Source: Poseidonia sp.
Lineage (GTDB): Archaea; Thermoplasmatota; Poseidoniia; Poseidoniales; Poseidoniaceae
Direction: 5' to 3'
Length of the DNA: 64,000 nt
Assembly (NCBI GenBank): GCA_030827745.1
Contig: JAURDW010000002.1
Span: 1,383 to 65,382, forward strand
The notes beneath the pieces are model-generated. The model searched no databases and was not told the origin of the DNA. It was given only the letters and a program-made list of their open reading frames with translations. Shown in pieces: positions 35,252 to 43,733 of this stretch (position 1 is its first letter; each line of letters starts with the position of its first letter). Position numbers and translations under genes: made by a program.

Positions 35252-36264
35252 CAGTAGTCACCCCCGTCGTTTCCATCACTGGATTTCTTGACGCCTGAGT
35301 CGGTGGAACAATCCGTGCCTTCGGCGGCGACGATGGTCACTTGGCCGATCATCAAGGAGTGTTGGTTGCCGCAATATTCGGCGCAGCGAATCGGGTAGGT
35401 GCCGGGATCATCGGCCGTGATGGTCATGTAGGTGCCGCCTTCAATGCCGGGAACCAAGTCTTCCTTGACGCCCCATTCAGGCAACCAGAAGGAGTGTTGG
35501 ACGCCAACATAATTCGGGTTGGAATCGTCATGAGGTTTGGAATGCATTTCAAACACCACCTGCTGGTCGCAGGGCAGAATCATGTCCTCGCTGAGGGCGG
35601 AAGAAAAGACGTGATTGTTAGGAATGTGCATCCACGTGTGGAGGACGTTTCCATCAGCATCGGTGACTTCAACCGTTGAGAACACAAATTTGTTTCGCGC
35701 CTTGTTGATGTCGTCTTCATCGACTTCACCGATTCCTGTGAGCGGGTCAATGGAAAATCCGCCTGTAGCGTCTCCCTTGGTGTAGGTCACGTTGACGGCG
35801 GCTTCGTTGGTGCTGACCACATTGAAGATACCGGGGCCGGGAGTTTCGCCGGCAACCCATGTCACGTCAATGCCGGTGAGGGACGGGTCGTCTTCCCAGG
35901 TGAGGCTATCGGTGTATTTGTATTCCCAAAACCATTGCTTCCCGGTGATTTCCATGTTGTGTACCTTCTCGTCCTCGGGGTCAAAGTCCCACACGGCGGT
36001 GTTGGATGACAAGGCGAGCACAACAAGCCAAGCGACGATAAGGGTTGGAAGGACATAGAAGAACACTTCAAGCGTGGTGTGATGGCGGTCAACGGGAAAG
36101 GAACCCACCTCGATGTGGTCGATATGGGTCGTGTCGGGTTCCACACCGTCTCGGTAGCGAATCATGGCCAAAAACATCCAGCCGAACGTAAAGATGCCGA
36201 CCAGAATGGACCAAAACATGAACTTATCATAGAGAACAGAGAATACCGTGTCTTCTGCTACCAT
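35251..36264 (-). CDS. coxB: Heme-copper oxidase subunit II (CuA)
   Basis: CuA ligand set HSFWLPEWGVKEDLVPG ... CAEYCGNQHSLM. Two N-terminal TM helices. The stop codon overlaps the coxA ATG (TGATG). Confidence 0.9.
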   Translation of the reverse strand: MVAEDTVFSVLYDKFMFWSILVGIFTFGWMFLAMIRYRDGVEPDTTHIDHIEVGSFPVDRHHTTLEVFFYVLPTLIVAWLVVLALSSNTAVWDFDPEDEKVHNMEITGKQWFWEYKYTDSLTWEDDPSLTGIDVTWVAGETPGPGIFNVVSTNEAAVNVTYTKGDATGGFSIDPLTGIGEVDEDDINKARNKFVFSTVEVTDADGNVLHTWMHIPNNHVFSSALSEDMILPCDQQVVFEMHSKPHDDSNPNYVGVQHSFWLPEWGVKEDLVPGIEGGTYMTITADDPGTYPIRCAEYCGNQHSLMIGQVTIVAAEGTDCSTDSGVKKSSDGNDGGDY

Positions 36265-36639
36265 GCAACCACCCTACTTGACCGGCCGTGAACCCCCTCC
36301 TTAAGCGTTTGTCGGGGGGGGTTTGAACTGCGGTCTCTTCGGTCAGCAACCCAGCGAGCGGGGCTGCGTTTTTTTCGCGATTTTTTGGTCAAAAAAGTGA
36401 ACGCTTTTCGCACCTGTTTCATCCTCAGCAATCACCACCGTACGATGCTACTTGAACCCCCCGCGTCGAACGAAATTTACGAACGACAAAACATTCCACA
36501 TCAATCCACAGAACCTTTGCCAAAGCATCTGCACGACGGCGCCCTTGGGCAGAACTCCTGTTCTTCCGGAACGAACCTTCATCACCGACCTCAGTTGTCC
36601 TATCGGCAGGTGACGATGAGGTGAACAGGCGGTGCTCTC

Positions 36640-37164
36640 TTGACGCGTGACCCGCTTCACGGCAACATCCGCGGGCCTTCAAACGCCGAACAACGATGGC
36701 ACAAAGCGGCGCAAGCCTTGGCCGAAGTGCGGCAACGGAACCGTGAGGCCGGGGTCGGTATTCTCGTGGAGGGGCGACGGGACCGACGAGCTCTTGAGCG
36801 GTTGGGGTTTTCCGGACCCGTCGAATTGCTTCACCGGGGATGGCCGGTTGACGATGTGGTGCTCAAACTCGTTGAACGCTACGGGCGAGTGAACGCCATG
36901 GACAGCGGACCAAGTTTGGTGCTCCTCATGGACTGGGACCGCACCGGGGGGCGACTCCAAACCCTCTGCCGCCGGAATTTGGAATCCTTGGACGTTCGCT
37001 TCGATGAAAGTTTGCGAGCGACGCTGATGGTCTGTCTGAAGCCCGAAACCCGGGTGGTCGAAGGGTTGTCCGGGTTGGTTGATGTTTTGGTGCCGTTGAT
37101 CGACCTGTACGACGACCTCACGCTACGTCTTGAGGTGGAAGAGAAGGAAAAGCGTCTTCCTTGA
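36640..37164 (+). CDS. Small Toprim-domain protein (UPF0292 / COG1658-like)
   Basis: ILVEGRRDRRALERLG (Toprim Glu) and LLMDWDRTGG (DxD). There is no in-frame ATG near the 5' end, so a TTG start at 36640 is assumed. Confidence 0.6.
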   Translation: MTRDPLHGNIRGPSNAEQRWHKAAQALAEVRQRNREAGVGILVEGRRDRRALERLGFSGPVELLHRGWPVDDVVLKLVERYGRVNAMDSGPSLVLLMDWDRTGGRLQTLCRRNLESLDVRFDESLRATLMVCLKPETRVVEGLSGLVDVLVPLIDLYDDLTLRLEVEEKEKRLP

Positions 37165-37582
37165 CGGTGTTGAGGACGACATGCGTGTAGGAGCGTGCCA
37201 CACCATCGAGGGTGAACACCGTTTTGGTCAGGTTGTCCAAATCCTTTCGGTCCCGAACCCGTGCCAGCACAATGGAATCCCAGTCGCCGGTCACATCGTA
37301 GACTGCAAACACCCGCGGGTCGGCCGCAATTCGCTGCTGAACATCGATCATACGTCCCTTGACAATCCGAAGCCCGGCCATGATGGTCATCGACCAGCCA
37401 AGTTCTTGGGGGTTGAGCACCGGACGGTACCCGACCAAAATTCCTTCATCCTCCAACCGCCTGATGCGATTGGTCACGGTGCCCTGTGCAAGGCCCAATG
37501 TTCGGGCGAGGTGCCGGTGGCTTGCCCGAGCATCTTCATCAAGCAAGCGCAAAAGGGCGGTATCGGTCTCGTCCAAGTTCAT
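37118..37582 (-). CDS. Lrp/AsnC-family transcriptional regulator
   Basis: N-terminal HTH (DTALLRLLDEDARASHRHLARTLGLAQGTVTNRIRRLEDEGIL) and a C-terminal RAM domain. Confidence 0.9.
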   Translation of the reverse strand: MNLDETDTALLRLLDEDARASHRHLARTLGLAQGTVTNRIRRLEDEGILVGYRPVLNPQELGWSMTIMAGLRIVKGRMIDVQQRIAADPRVFAVYDVTGDWDSIVLARVRDRKDLDNLTKTVFTLDGVARSYTHVVLNTVKEDAFPSLPPQDVA

Positions 37583-37617
37583 CGGGTTTTGAGATGGGGT
37601 GCTTGCACTTCAAGCCT

Positions 37618-38772
37618 TCATTCGGATTCGCTGACGCTCTCTTCCTCGTCAACCCGTTGAAACGGACTGCTGAGCCACACATGTTGGCGCCAGGCCCCCA
37701 AACCTTCGATTTCAACGGCTGATTCCAGGTGGCATTCTGCGTCGTGGACCGATTTGAACCGAACCTTCACTTCCACCCGCTCCCCTGCTCCAAGGGTGCG
37801 AAGAGGGGGACGCCCTCGAAAAGACCACGGAGGTTGAACGCTCCATTGGGTTACGGTGTACGGTGCTTCTCCGGCTTCCATGGTCAGCGTCATGGTACAG
37901 CGTTCAATGTCGGTCCATCTGGCTTTCAATACGGGCACGGTGCGCTCCCGTTTGGATGCGGATGTCACGATGCTCACCATGGCGACGAGGGCGAACGCCG
38001 TGAACATGAGCGGCAACCACCGCTGAGCAGGGGTAAGGTGGAGCGTTGGTACCGGTAGGCGGTCGTGTTTGAGGACCAGCAATTCGTTGCTCTCCATGCC
38101 CTCTTCTCCTCCGAACAAGGCGATGGTGTAGGACCAACCTGCGGGTTGTCCGGTCAAGTCAACGCCCGCTGCAGCGAGGTGATCAGCGGCCAGCATGGCG
38201 GTCATGCCGGTGGTGTTGTTGGCCTTGAGCGAGAAGGCCACTTCGGGGCGCAACTCACGAACGAGGTGACGGGCGTTTCGTTGGTGGTGGTCCACCGCCC
38301 TGTCCTCGGTCAATACAAGGTACATCAGGGTTTGATTCGAGAGATTTACGCGGGGCGTGACGTCCAGTTCAAAGGTCACAAAGCGGGCGTTGTCTTCAGC
38401 AGCGACCACGTTGACGCGCCCGTCCAGGTCCACCACATCGGTGGTGAGGCGCCGGTGCTCGATTTGATGGCCGCTGATGTTGATGGTGGAGGCCGTGAGG
38501 TTGAAACGGTCCATCCGGTACATCGCATCGTCGTTGGGCCAGTCCGAACCGGTCGTTTCGCTCCACGTCCACCACACCCAATCCACGGTGCTGCTTTCAG
38601 CCGGTTTTGGCGGAGCCTCAAGGTCGGGCGCAAGGAAGGTTTCTCGCAGCGTGGTTGCGTCCTCTTGAGGAACCGGTGCGTAGGCGTAAATGCTCCACGT
38701 TGACGCGCCTTGGACGAAGGCTGGTGTGACGAGGGTCACGAGGAGAAGAGCGCTCCACCACGGGACTTTCAT
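37618..38772 (-). CDS. Hypothetical bitopic membrane protein (signal peptide, exported domain, TM, cytoplasmic beta-rich domain)
   Basis: MKVPWWSALLLVTLVTPAFVQG signal and TM WLPLMFTAFALVAMVSIV. Its ATG overlaps the upstream gene's stop codon (ATGA at 38769..38772). The track ORF extension to 39156 is out of frame with the RNA methyltransferase gene. Confidence 0.55.
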   Translation of the reverse strand: MKVPWWSALLLVTLVTPAFVQGASTWSIYAYAPVPQEDATTLRETFLAPDLEAPPKPAESSTVDWVWWTWSETTGSDWPNDDAMYRMDRFNLTASTINISGHQIEHRRLTTDVVDLDGRVNVVAAEDNARFVTFELDVTPRVNLSNQTLMYLVLTEDRAVDHHQRNARHLVRELRPEVAFSLKANNTTGMTAMLAADHLAAAGVDLTGQPAGWSYTIALFGGEEGMESNELLVLKHDRLPVPTLHLTPAQRWLPLMFTAFALVAMVSIVTSASKRERTVPVLKARWTDIERCTMTLTMEAGEAPYTVTQWSVQPPWSFRGRPPLRTLGAGERVEVKVRFKSVHDAECHLESAVEIEGLGAWRQHVWLSSPFQRVDEEESVSESE

Positions 38773-40532
38773 GCCTCTTCCTCCTCGTCCCTCCAAGGCA
38801 AGGCAAGTTTTCGTCGAAGGATGTTTTGCTCGTTGAGGTCCACCATCAGGGTCACGCGAGCGCCAATCCAAACCGACAACACCTCTTCGCCGGACGATAC
38901 TTTTGATTTGAAGAGGAAGGCGCCGGAGGGCAGGTCCATGATGCCGGTTTCCTCTGCGAAATTTTCCAAAAGAGGGGCCCATCCACACAACAAGCGAATG
39001 AACACCTCCTCGGTGATGTCGAGAATGTTGGCCGTGAACCCGTCTCGCAAGACATACACGGCTTCTTGACGGGAACGCCACGAGTCTTTCTTGAGCGTGA
39101 AAGCCGGCAAACCAACGTGGGCCACGCGCATCGGATGAAAACTTCCTCCAGGCCACACCTCGCCCTTCTTCGTCGGCGAAGGGGGGTCAAACAACCGCTG
39201 CCTTACCATTGGGGGGGCGATGTTGAGTCGTTTTCCACGCTGCCAAATTGAATATGCGCTCAAGTCCATGCCGTACATGGATTGAACCGTGCGAACCACA
39301 TCATCATCGGCTTCGACAACGGTGTTCACCGTCACAGCAGGGAGTCGTTTGAGGGGCGGCGTCCAATCAGGTGAGGTGCGGACAGCCCGCCTGGACCGGT
39401 AGGTTTGGGCCGTGGCATCGGGGGCGGCGTCTTCGCGATGTCGAAGCTTGGCGACAAAGAAGCCGCCGGTGTTGTGATCCTCGTGCCAGAGGCGACCGCA
39501 GCGGAGCAAAGCATCGGCGATTCGCCGTTCGTTTTCGTCCTCTCCAATCCCTCGCATCAATCGGCTCACTGGCGATCGATGGTGGTCAGAAAAGAAGGCC
39601 AACTCCTCTGCATCGTCTTCATCGCAGAGGGTACCGTCCTCGTTGAGCAGAGGCCACCGGTTCAAGCCGTGGTGCAGTTTGAGCCCAGGGACCTCCACCG
39701 CTTCGACCTCAAGAAACGGATGGCGGCGGAGCAGTTCAGCGACCACGGCTTCGTTCTCAATGGGGTCAACGCTGCAGGTGGAATAGATCAACTCTCCACC
39801 GGGGACCAACAACGCTGCGCCCCGGCTTGCGATGGCCACTTGCATCGTGAACATCTTGCGTCCTTCTTTGGGTGTCCACTGCCACCAAACGTCTCGGTTC
39901 TTTCTGGTTGTGGCCGTTCCAGTACAAGGGACATCGGCGATAACGGCATCCAACCCGGGAGGGGGCAATCGCGCAAAGTGCCGTCCGTCGTGTTGGGTGA
40001 CAACCACGTTGGTCAAACCAAGTCGGCTTCGGTTGCTGACCAACATGTTCAGCCGACCGGAAACGGGTTCGTTGGCGATGACGACGCCGTTGGGGTGGAG
40101 GTGCTCTGCGACTTGCGTCGTTTTTGAGCCCGGTGCGGCGCACAGGTCGAGAACCAAGCGGTTGCGTTCCCGGTCCATCAAACGCACAGGAAGCATGCTC
40201 GCCGCTTCCTGACGGGTGATGCGTCCTGTTCCATGGAGCAAGGCCATCATACGGCCGGCATCGCCCGTTGCCTTGCCGCGCTCGAACGGCATGGTGAAGG
40301 CCGTGCCCTCCGGCATCCACGGGATGGCCTCGGCTCCAAACGCCTTGACTTGGTCAACGGTCCAGGACCGGTCGGTGCGGTGCAGGCTGATGCGGAAGGT
40401 CTCGGGAAGCGGCGCAAGGGCTGTTTGCAGCCACTTCTCAACATCCCGTCCGAGATGGTCGACGAGGGCCGCAAGAGGTGAAGTTCGAGCGGCGGCCGCC
40501 CGCTCTTGTTCAGCGACATCCCTCCCCCTCAC
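38769..40532 (-). CDS. NOL1/NOP2/Sun-family RNA (cytosine-C5) methyltransferase with a long C-terminal extension
   Basis: VLDLCAAPGSKTTQVAE, DAVIADVPCTGTATTRKN, and GGELIYSTCSVDPIENE. Confidence 0.85.
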   Translation of the reverse strand: MRGRDVAEQERAAAARTSPLAALVDHLGRDVEKWLQTALAPLPETFRISLHRTDRSWTVDQVKAFGAEAIPWMPEGTAFTMPFERGKATGDAGRMMALLHGTGRITRQEAASMLPVRLMDRERNRLVLDLCAAPGSKTTQVAEHLHPNGVVIANEPVSGRLNMLVSNRSRLGLTNVVVTQHDGRHFARLPPPGLDAVIADVPCTGTATTRKNRDVWWQWTPKEGRKMFTMQVAIASRGAALLVPGGELIYSTCSVDPIENEAVVAELLRRHPFLEVEAVEVPGLKLHHGLNRWPLLNEDGTLCDEDDAEELAFFSDHHRSPVSRLMRGIGEDENERRIADALLRCGRLWHEDHNTGGFFVAKLRHREDAAPDATAQTYRSRRAVRTSPDWTPPLKRLPAVTVNTVVEADDDVVRTVQSMYGMDLSAYSIWQRGKRLNIAPPMVRQRLFDPPSPTKKGEVWPGGSFHPMRVAHVGLPAFTLKKDSWRSRQEAVYVLRDGFTANILDITEEVFIRLLCGWAPLLENFAEETGIMDLPSGAFLFKSKVSSGEEVLSVWIGARVTLMVDLNEQNILRRKLALPWRDEEEEA

Positions 40533-40573
40533 GCTCCTTCCTCGTGCAAGGCCTCTTTTGGTCTTCCGCCACG

Positions 40574-41959
40574 ATGAAAGGATGCCTCGTTCAGTTGCGG
40601 GTCATGCTGGCGGATGCTGCCCCTTGGTATCTGCCGGCTTTGGTGTTGGCGCTGGTCTCGTGGCTTGGCGCTGCCGTCATTGAGCCTCGCTGCCGTTCTC
40701 GGCCTTGGGTTCGTCGCCTGTACTTCGCCACACCAGTCGTCATGCTGGGGGGTCTTGTGGCCCACCGAGCAGCGGCGTTGCTTCTCCTCGATACTGAGCA
40801 CAACGAGGTGGCCCTTTACCTCGGCTCATCGGCCACGGTGGCCGAGCGGTTTCAGGTTCTCTTCACCGGTTTTGGGGGCGTGGAGGGTGCGATGGTGGCC
40901 TTGGGAGTGTTTGCCTTGGCCTCGCCTTTTTTGCCGAGCCTTCGCCAAGCGAGCGAGGCCACGAAAGACTTCGTTCGCGTTGGCATGATGACCCACAGCG
41001 CCTTGTGGGTTCTGTTAGGTATGTTGCTGCTCTTTCCCACCGAAGCGCACGGCGCGGCGACGTCCCTCCCCGAAAACCCGACGTTGTCCGTTCCGTCATG
41101 GACCGTTTTTGGATGGATTGCGGCGTTCACGCTCTTGGTGATGATGGCAGGAGAAGTGTTGGTCGGGACCGCTCGCATGGCTTCAAACAACGAAACCAAG
41201 ACCCTCGTCAACCGAGCCTTGATGAAAACCATGGCCGTTGGGTTGCTGGCGTGGTGGGCCGTTTTTCAAACCGATGTTTTCACACAAGGTTGGTGGCCCC
41301 GTCCGATGCAGGCGCCCCACCCTCATGCAGCCCTGCTCGTTGCGGGTTACGCCACCCTCGTCACGTTGTTCCACGCTCCGCTTGTTGACATTGAACACCG
41401 TTTTTCTCAACATCCAAAGCAAGCGAGAACCTTGGGCCTTGGCTTGCTGCTCGCCGCTGCTTTGCTGCTCTGGATGACGTGGATGACGCTGGCTTGGGTC
41501 CCAAATTTTGGAAACAGCGCCGTGAGGGCTTCGACGGGCTGGCGTTTGGTTTCGGTGATGTACCTTCCATGCGGCCTGCTGATGATGTTGCCTTCTCTCG
41601 GTTACGATGCAGCGCAACGGCCTGAGGCCTGGTGGTTTCGCATCGGGTGGTTGGCCGTGGTTGCCGCAGGCCCCCTGCTCTCCCCAACGGCTTGGTTGCT
41701 TCTGCCAGGTCTGTTCATGGCGGCAGCGGGTTTGGTGCTGTTGCCTGTGCTCTTGGAGGCACCTGTGCTCTTGTCACCGATGCAGCGCGTTGGCGGACCG
41801 GCGGTGTTCCTCACCGTTGTGTTCGCTCTGCCGTGGCTGGCCGGCTCGGCCCGTGCTACGCTGTTCATCGGGCTCGTGGTTCTGGTGTTCTCCAACGCTG
41901 TTTCGCTCCTCGTCCTGAGGCGTTGGGGGTCAAACGCAGCAAAGGAAAGCGTTGTTTGA
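40574..41959 (+). CDS. Hypothetical polytopic membrane protein (about 12 TM)
   Basis: Continuous series of hydrophobic helices with no recognisable motif. Start uncertain (ATG 40574 or 40604). Confidence 0.6.
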   Translation: MKGCLVQLRVMLADAAPWYLPALVLALVSWLGAAVIEPRCRSRPWVRRLYFATPVVMLGGLVAHRAAALLLLDTEHNEVALYLGSSATVAERFQVLFTGFGGVEGAMVALGVFALASPFLPSLRQASEATKDFVRVGMMTHSALWVLLGMLLLFPTEAHGAATSLPENPTLSVPSWTVFGWIAAFTLLVMMAGEVLVGTARMASNNETKTLVNRALMKTMAVGLLAWWAVFQTDVFTQGWWPRPMQAPHPHAALLVAGYATLVTLFHAPLVDIEHRFSQHPKQARTLGLGLLLAAALLLWMTWMTLAWVPNFGNSAVRASTGWRLVSVMYLPCGLLMMLPSLGYDAAQRPEAWWFRIGWLAVVAAGPLLSPTAWLLLPGLFMAAAGLVLLPVLLEAPVLLSPMQRVGGPAVFLTVVFALPWLAGSARATLFIGLVVLVFSNAVSLLVLRRWGSNAAKESVV

Positions 41960-42039
41960 CCGACAATTCCGTCGCGCTTCTTAAAGGGACAAGGGAGCAG
42001 GGAAGAACGAAATCTTCGGATTTCAGGGATGGGACCCTT

Positions 42040-42396
42040 ATGGCACGAGCTTTCCGCGCAGGCGTTGAACACCACCGAAAAATCAGCATGCCACTTCGCC
42101 GAAGGTTGTGGAAACCGGTTCGAGACCTTGCCTCCCTGACCACACGAACGCAACGCGTTGGTCAACAAATGGGGCCGGGTGTCGAAGTCCCTGCCTTGGT
42201 GCGCATTGAAAACGAGCATTGGGTGTTTGAGCGCATCGAGGAAACGACGTTGTACAACCTCACGCATCGCTTGGTTCTGCCATCGGTGGACGGAGAACGC
42301 GTCGTGGGTGTTACGGAGGGTTTCTCCACCGCCCTCGAAGTGGCACGATGCATGGCTGAAAACGACGGGCAGGTCGTGATGATTCAGCCGATTTGA
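42040..42396 (+). CDS. Hypothetical small protein
   Basis: Only the last 118 codons of track ORF 41632..42396 lie outside the membrane-protein gene. ATG at 42040. No motif recognised. Confidence 0.3.
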   Translation: MARAFRAGVEHHRKISMPLRRRLWKPVRDLASLTTRTQRVGQQMGPGVEVPALVRIENEHWVFERIEETTLYNLTHRLVLPSVDGERVVGVTEGFSTALEVARCMAENDGQVVMIQPI

Positions 42397-42399
42397 TCT

Positions 42400-42594
42400 T
42401 CAAAACAGGCCCATGATGGCTTGAACGACGCCCTCGTTCACGAGGTAGAAAAAGCCGCCGAGGAAGATGCAGGCGAAGTAGACCTGGGCGGGTGTGATCT
42501 TCCACGAGTCTTCCGATTCTTCATCGAAGTAACGAATCAAACCGGCGGCTTGCTGGATGCCGCTTCCGTCGCTTTTCTTTTTCTTCGCTGCCAT
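42400..42594 (-). CDS. Preprotein translocase subunit Sec61-beta (archaeal SecG)
   Basis: AAGLIRYFDEE followed by a single C-terminal TM (VYFACIFLGGFFYLV). 64 aa with a Lys-rich N-terminus. Confidence 0.8.
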   Translation of the reverse strand: MAAKKKKSDGSGIQQAAGLIRYFDEESEDSWKITPAQVYFACIFLGGFFYLVNEGVVQAIMGLF

Positions 42595-42644
42595 GACGAC
42601 CGATTCAACCCAGCGACCTCCCCCTTATGAACGCGACGCGCGGG

Positions 42645-43532
42645 TTATTCTTCTTCGGTGGCCTTCGTTGCAAGGTCAACAAACGGGACTTCTTCATCCG
42701 ACAGAAGCAAAGAGGCAACGGCGTCTTCAGGCGGATTCATTGAGCCGGCCCCTTCCGTTCCAAAACCGTCGACAGCGAAGCGGTCGCCCGGTGCTTTGAC
42801 GATCATCGTCTCTTGGCTTGCGGCGTCAAGGTGGATGAGGGAGGCCTCGATTCGGGCAAGCGCACGCTCAACGCCCGGAGCGTTGTCCTCTGCAAGGGCC
42901 TGTTTGGCCATGTGAATGTCCTCCTCAACGGCCTTCAACCAGCCTTCGGCGCCTTCGTTGCCCTCCTGTTGGAGGGTCGCTTCGTCCCGACGTTCGACCA
43001 GTTCCTGTATGCGTTCCGAGAGCGTCGCCTTGGCGTTGCTCAGCAAAGCCTTCCATTCCGATTCGTTGCCTTTGACGCTCAGGCCCCCCCGTCGGTTCAG
43101 GAACCGACCTGCACTGCGGTGATGGGACATTTCCCACGGGGATTGTCCAAGGGAACTCACAACATCAAGCACGAGTCGTGAGCGGTCTTCCAACGACCCC
43201 TCAAGGGTGATCACGTTGAGGTAGCCCGAGGTGACCAACCCCCAGCCCCAGTAAGGTTTGGATTCAATTTGAACCTTCAAGCCGCCGCTTTGGGTTTCAA
43301 GAGTCCATCGCTGTTCGTTGTATCCCGGAGGGTCGGTAAAGCAAGGAGTCTCTGGATGGAGGAGGTGCGAAAGCGTGGCTTGCGCGACATCTCCAAGGTA
43401 CACCGTTGTTTTCTGTCCGCGAAAATGCCTTCCTCTCAGCAAATTGGTGGACGTGTCCATGCAGTGCGAGGCTTCAGCCTTTCGAACTTGACCGACGAGG
43501 ACCGATTTCATGGGGTCAAGGCTGTGCTCCAT
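42645..43532 (-). CDS. Hypothetical protein with a coiled-coil C-terminal half and an acidic tail
   Basis: ATG at 43532 (MEHSLDP...). The longer track ORF to 43865 would overlap the divergent HhH gene. No motif recognised. Confidence 0.5.
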   Translation of the reverse strand: MEHSLDPMKSVLVGQVRKAEASHCMDTSTNLLRGRHFRGQKTTVYLGDVAQATLSHLLHPETPCFTDPPGYNEQRWTLETQSGGLKVQIESKPYWGWGLVTSGYLNVITLEGSLEDRSRLVLDVVSSLGQSPWEMSHHRSAGRFLNRRGGLSVKGNESEWKALLSNAKATLSERIQELVERRDEATLQQEGNEGAEGWLKAVEEDIHMAKQALAEDNAPGVERALARIEASLIHLDAASQETMIVKAPGDRFAVDGFGTEGAGSMNPPEDAVASLLLSDEEVPFVDLATKATEEE

Positions 43533-43556
43533 CTTTCCCCTCCGTTCACAAACCGT

Positions 43557-43577
43557 AAGGCCTCTGCGCGAGGCCTT
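43557..43577. promoter_or_regulatory. Inverted repeat AAGGCCTC-tgcgc-GAGGCCTT just upstream of the 42645..43532 gene
   Basis: A perfect 8-bp inverted repeat read directly, 25-45 nt upstream of ATG 43532 in a 200-bp divergent region. Confidence 0.25.
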
Positions 43578-43733
43578 GTCTTCGGGAAGGGTGCGGCGGC
43601 CGATGGTCGTCCAACTGCAGCCCTTCCATGCGGGGTGGATGTTGACGCCACTCAAGAACAAACCGCTTGAACCCTCTTCGTGCAGGGCAGGAAGGTTCAA
43701 TACAGGGCAGATGCAAAGACTTGCTGAGGAACC

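Noticed and set aside
36540-36580. SRP RNA helix-8-like element (TTCCGGAAGAACAGG on the minus strand) in the cox upstream gap
   Set aside because: Only the CCGGAAG core matches. The flanking AGCA/GGA symmetric-loop nucleotides and the pairing partners are not present.
36385-36624. 79-aa ORF in the cox/Toprim intergenic region
   Set aside because: No promoter or SD context. The translation is compositionally odd (His/Pro/Ser/Asn-rich) with no hydrophobic core pattern. The region is treated as non-coding.
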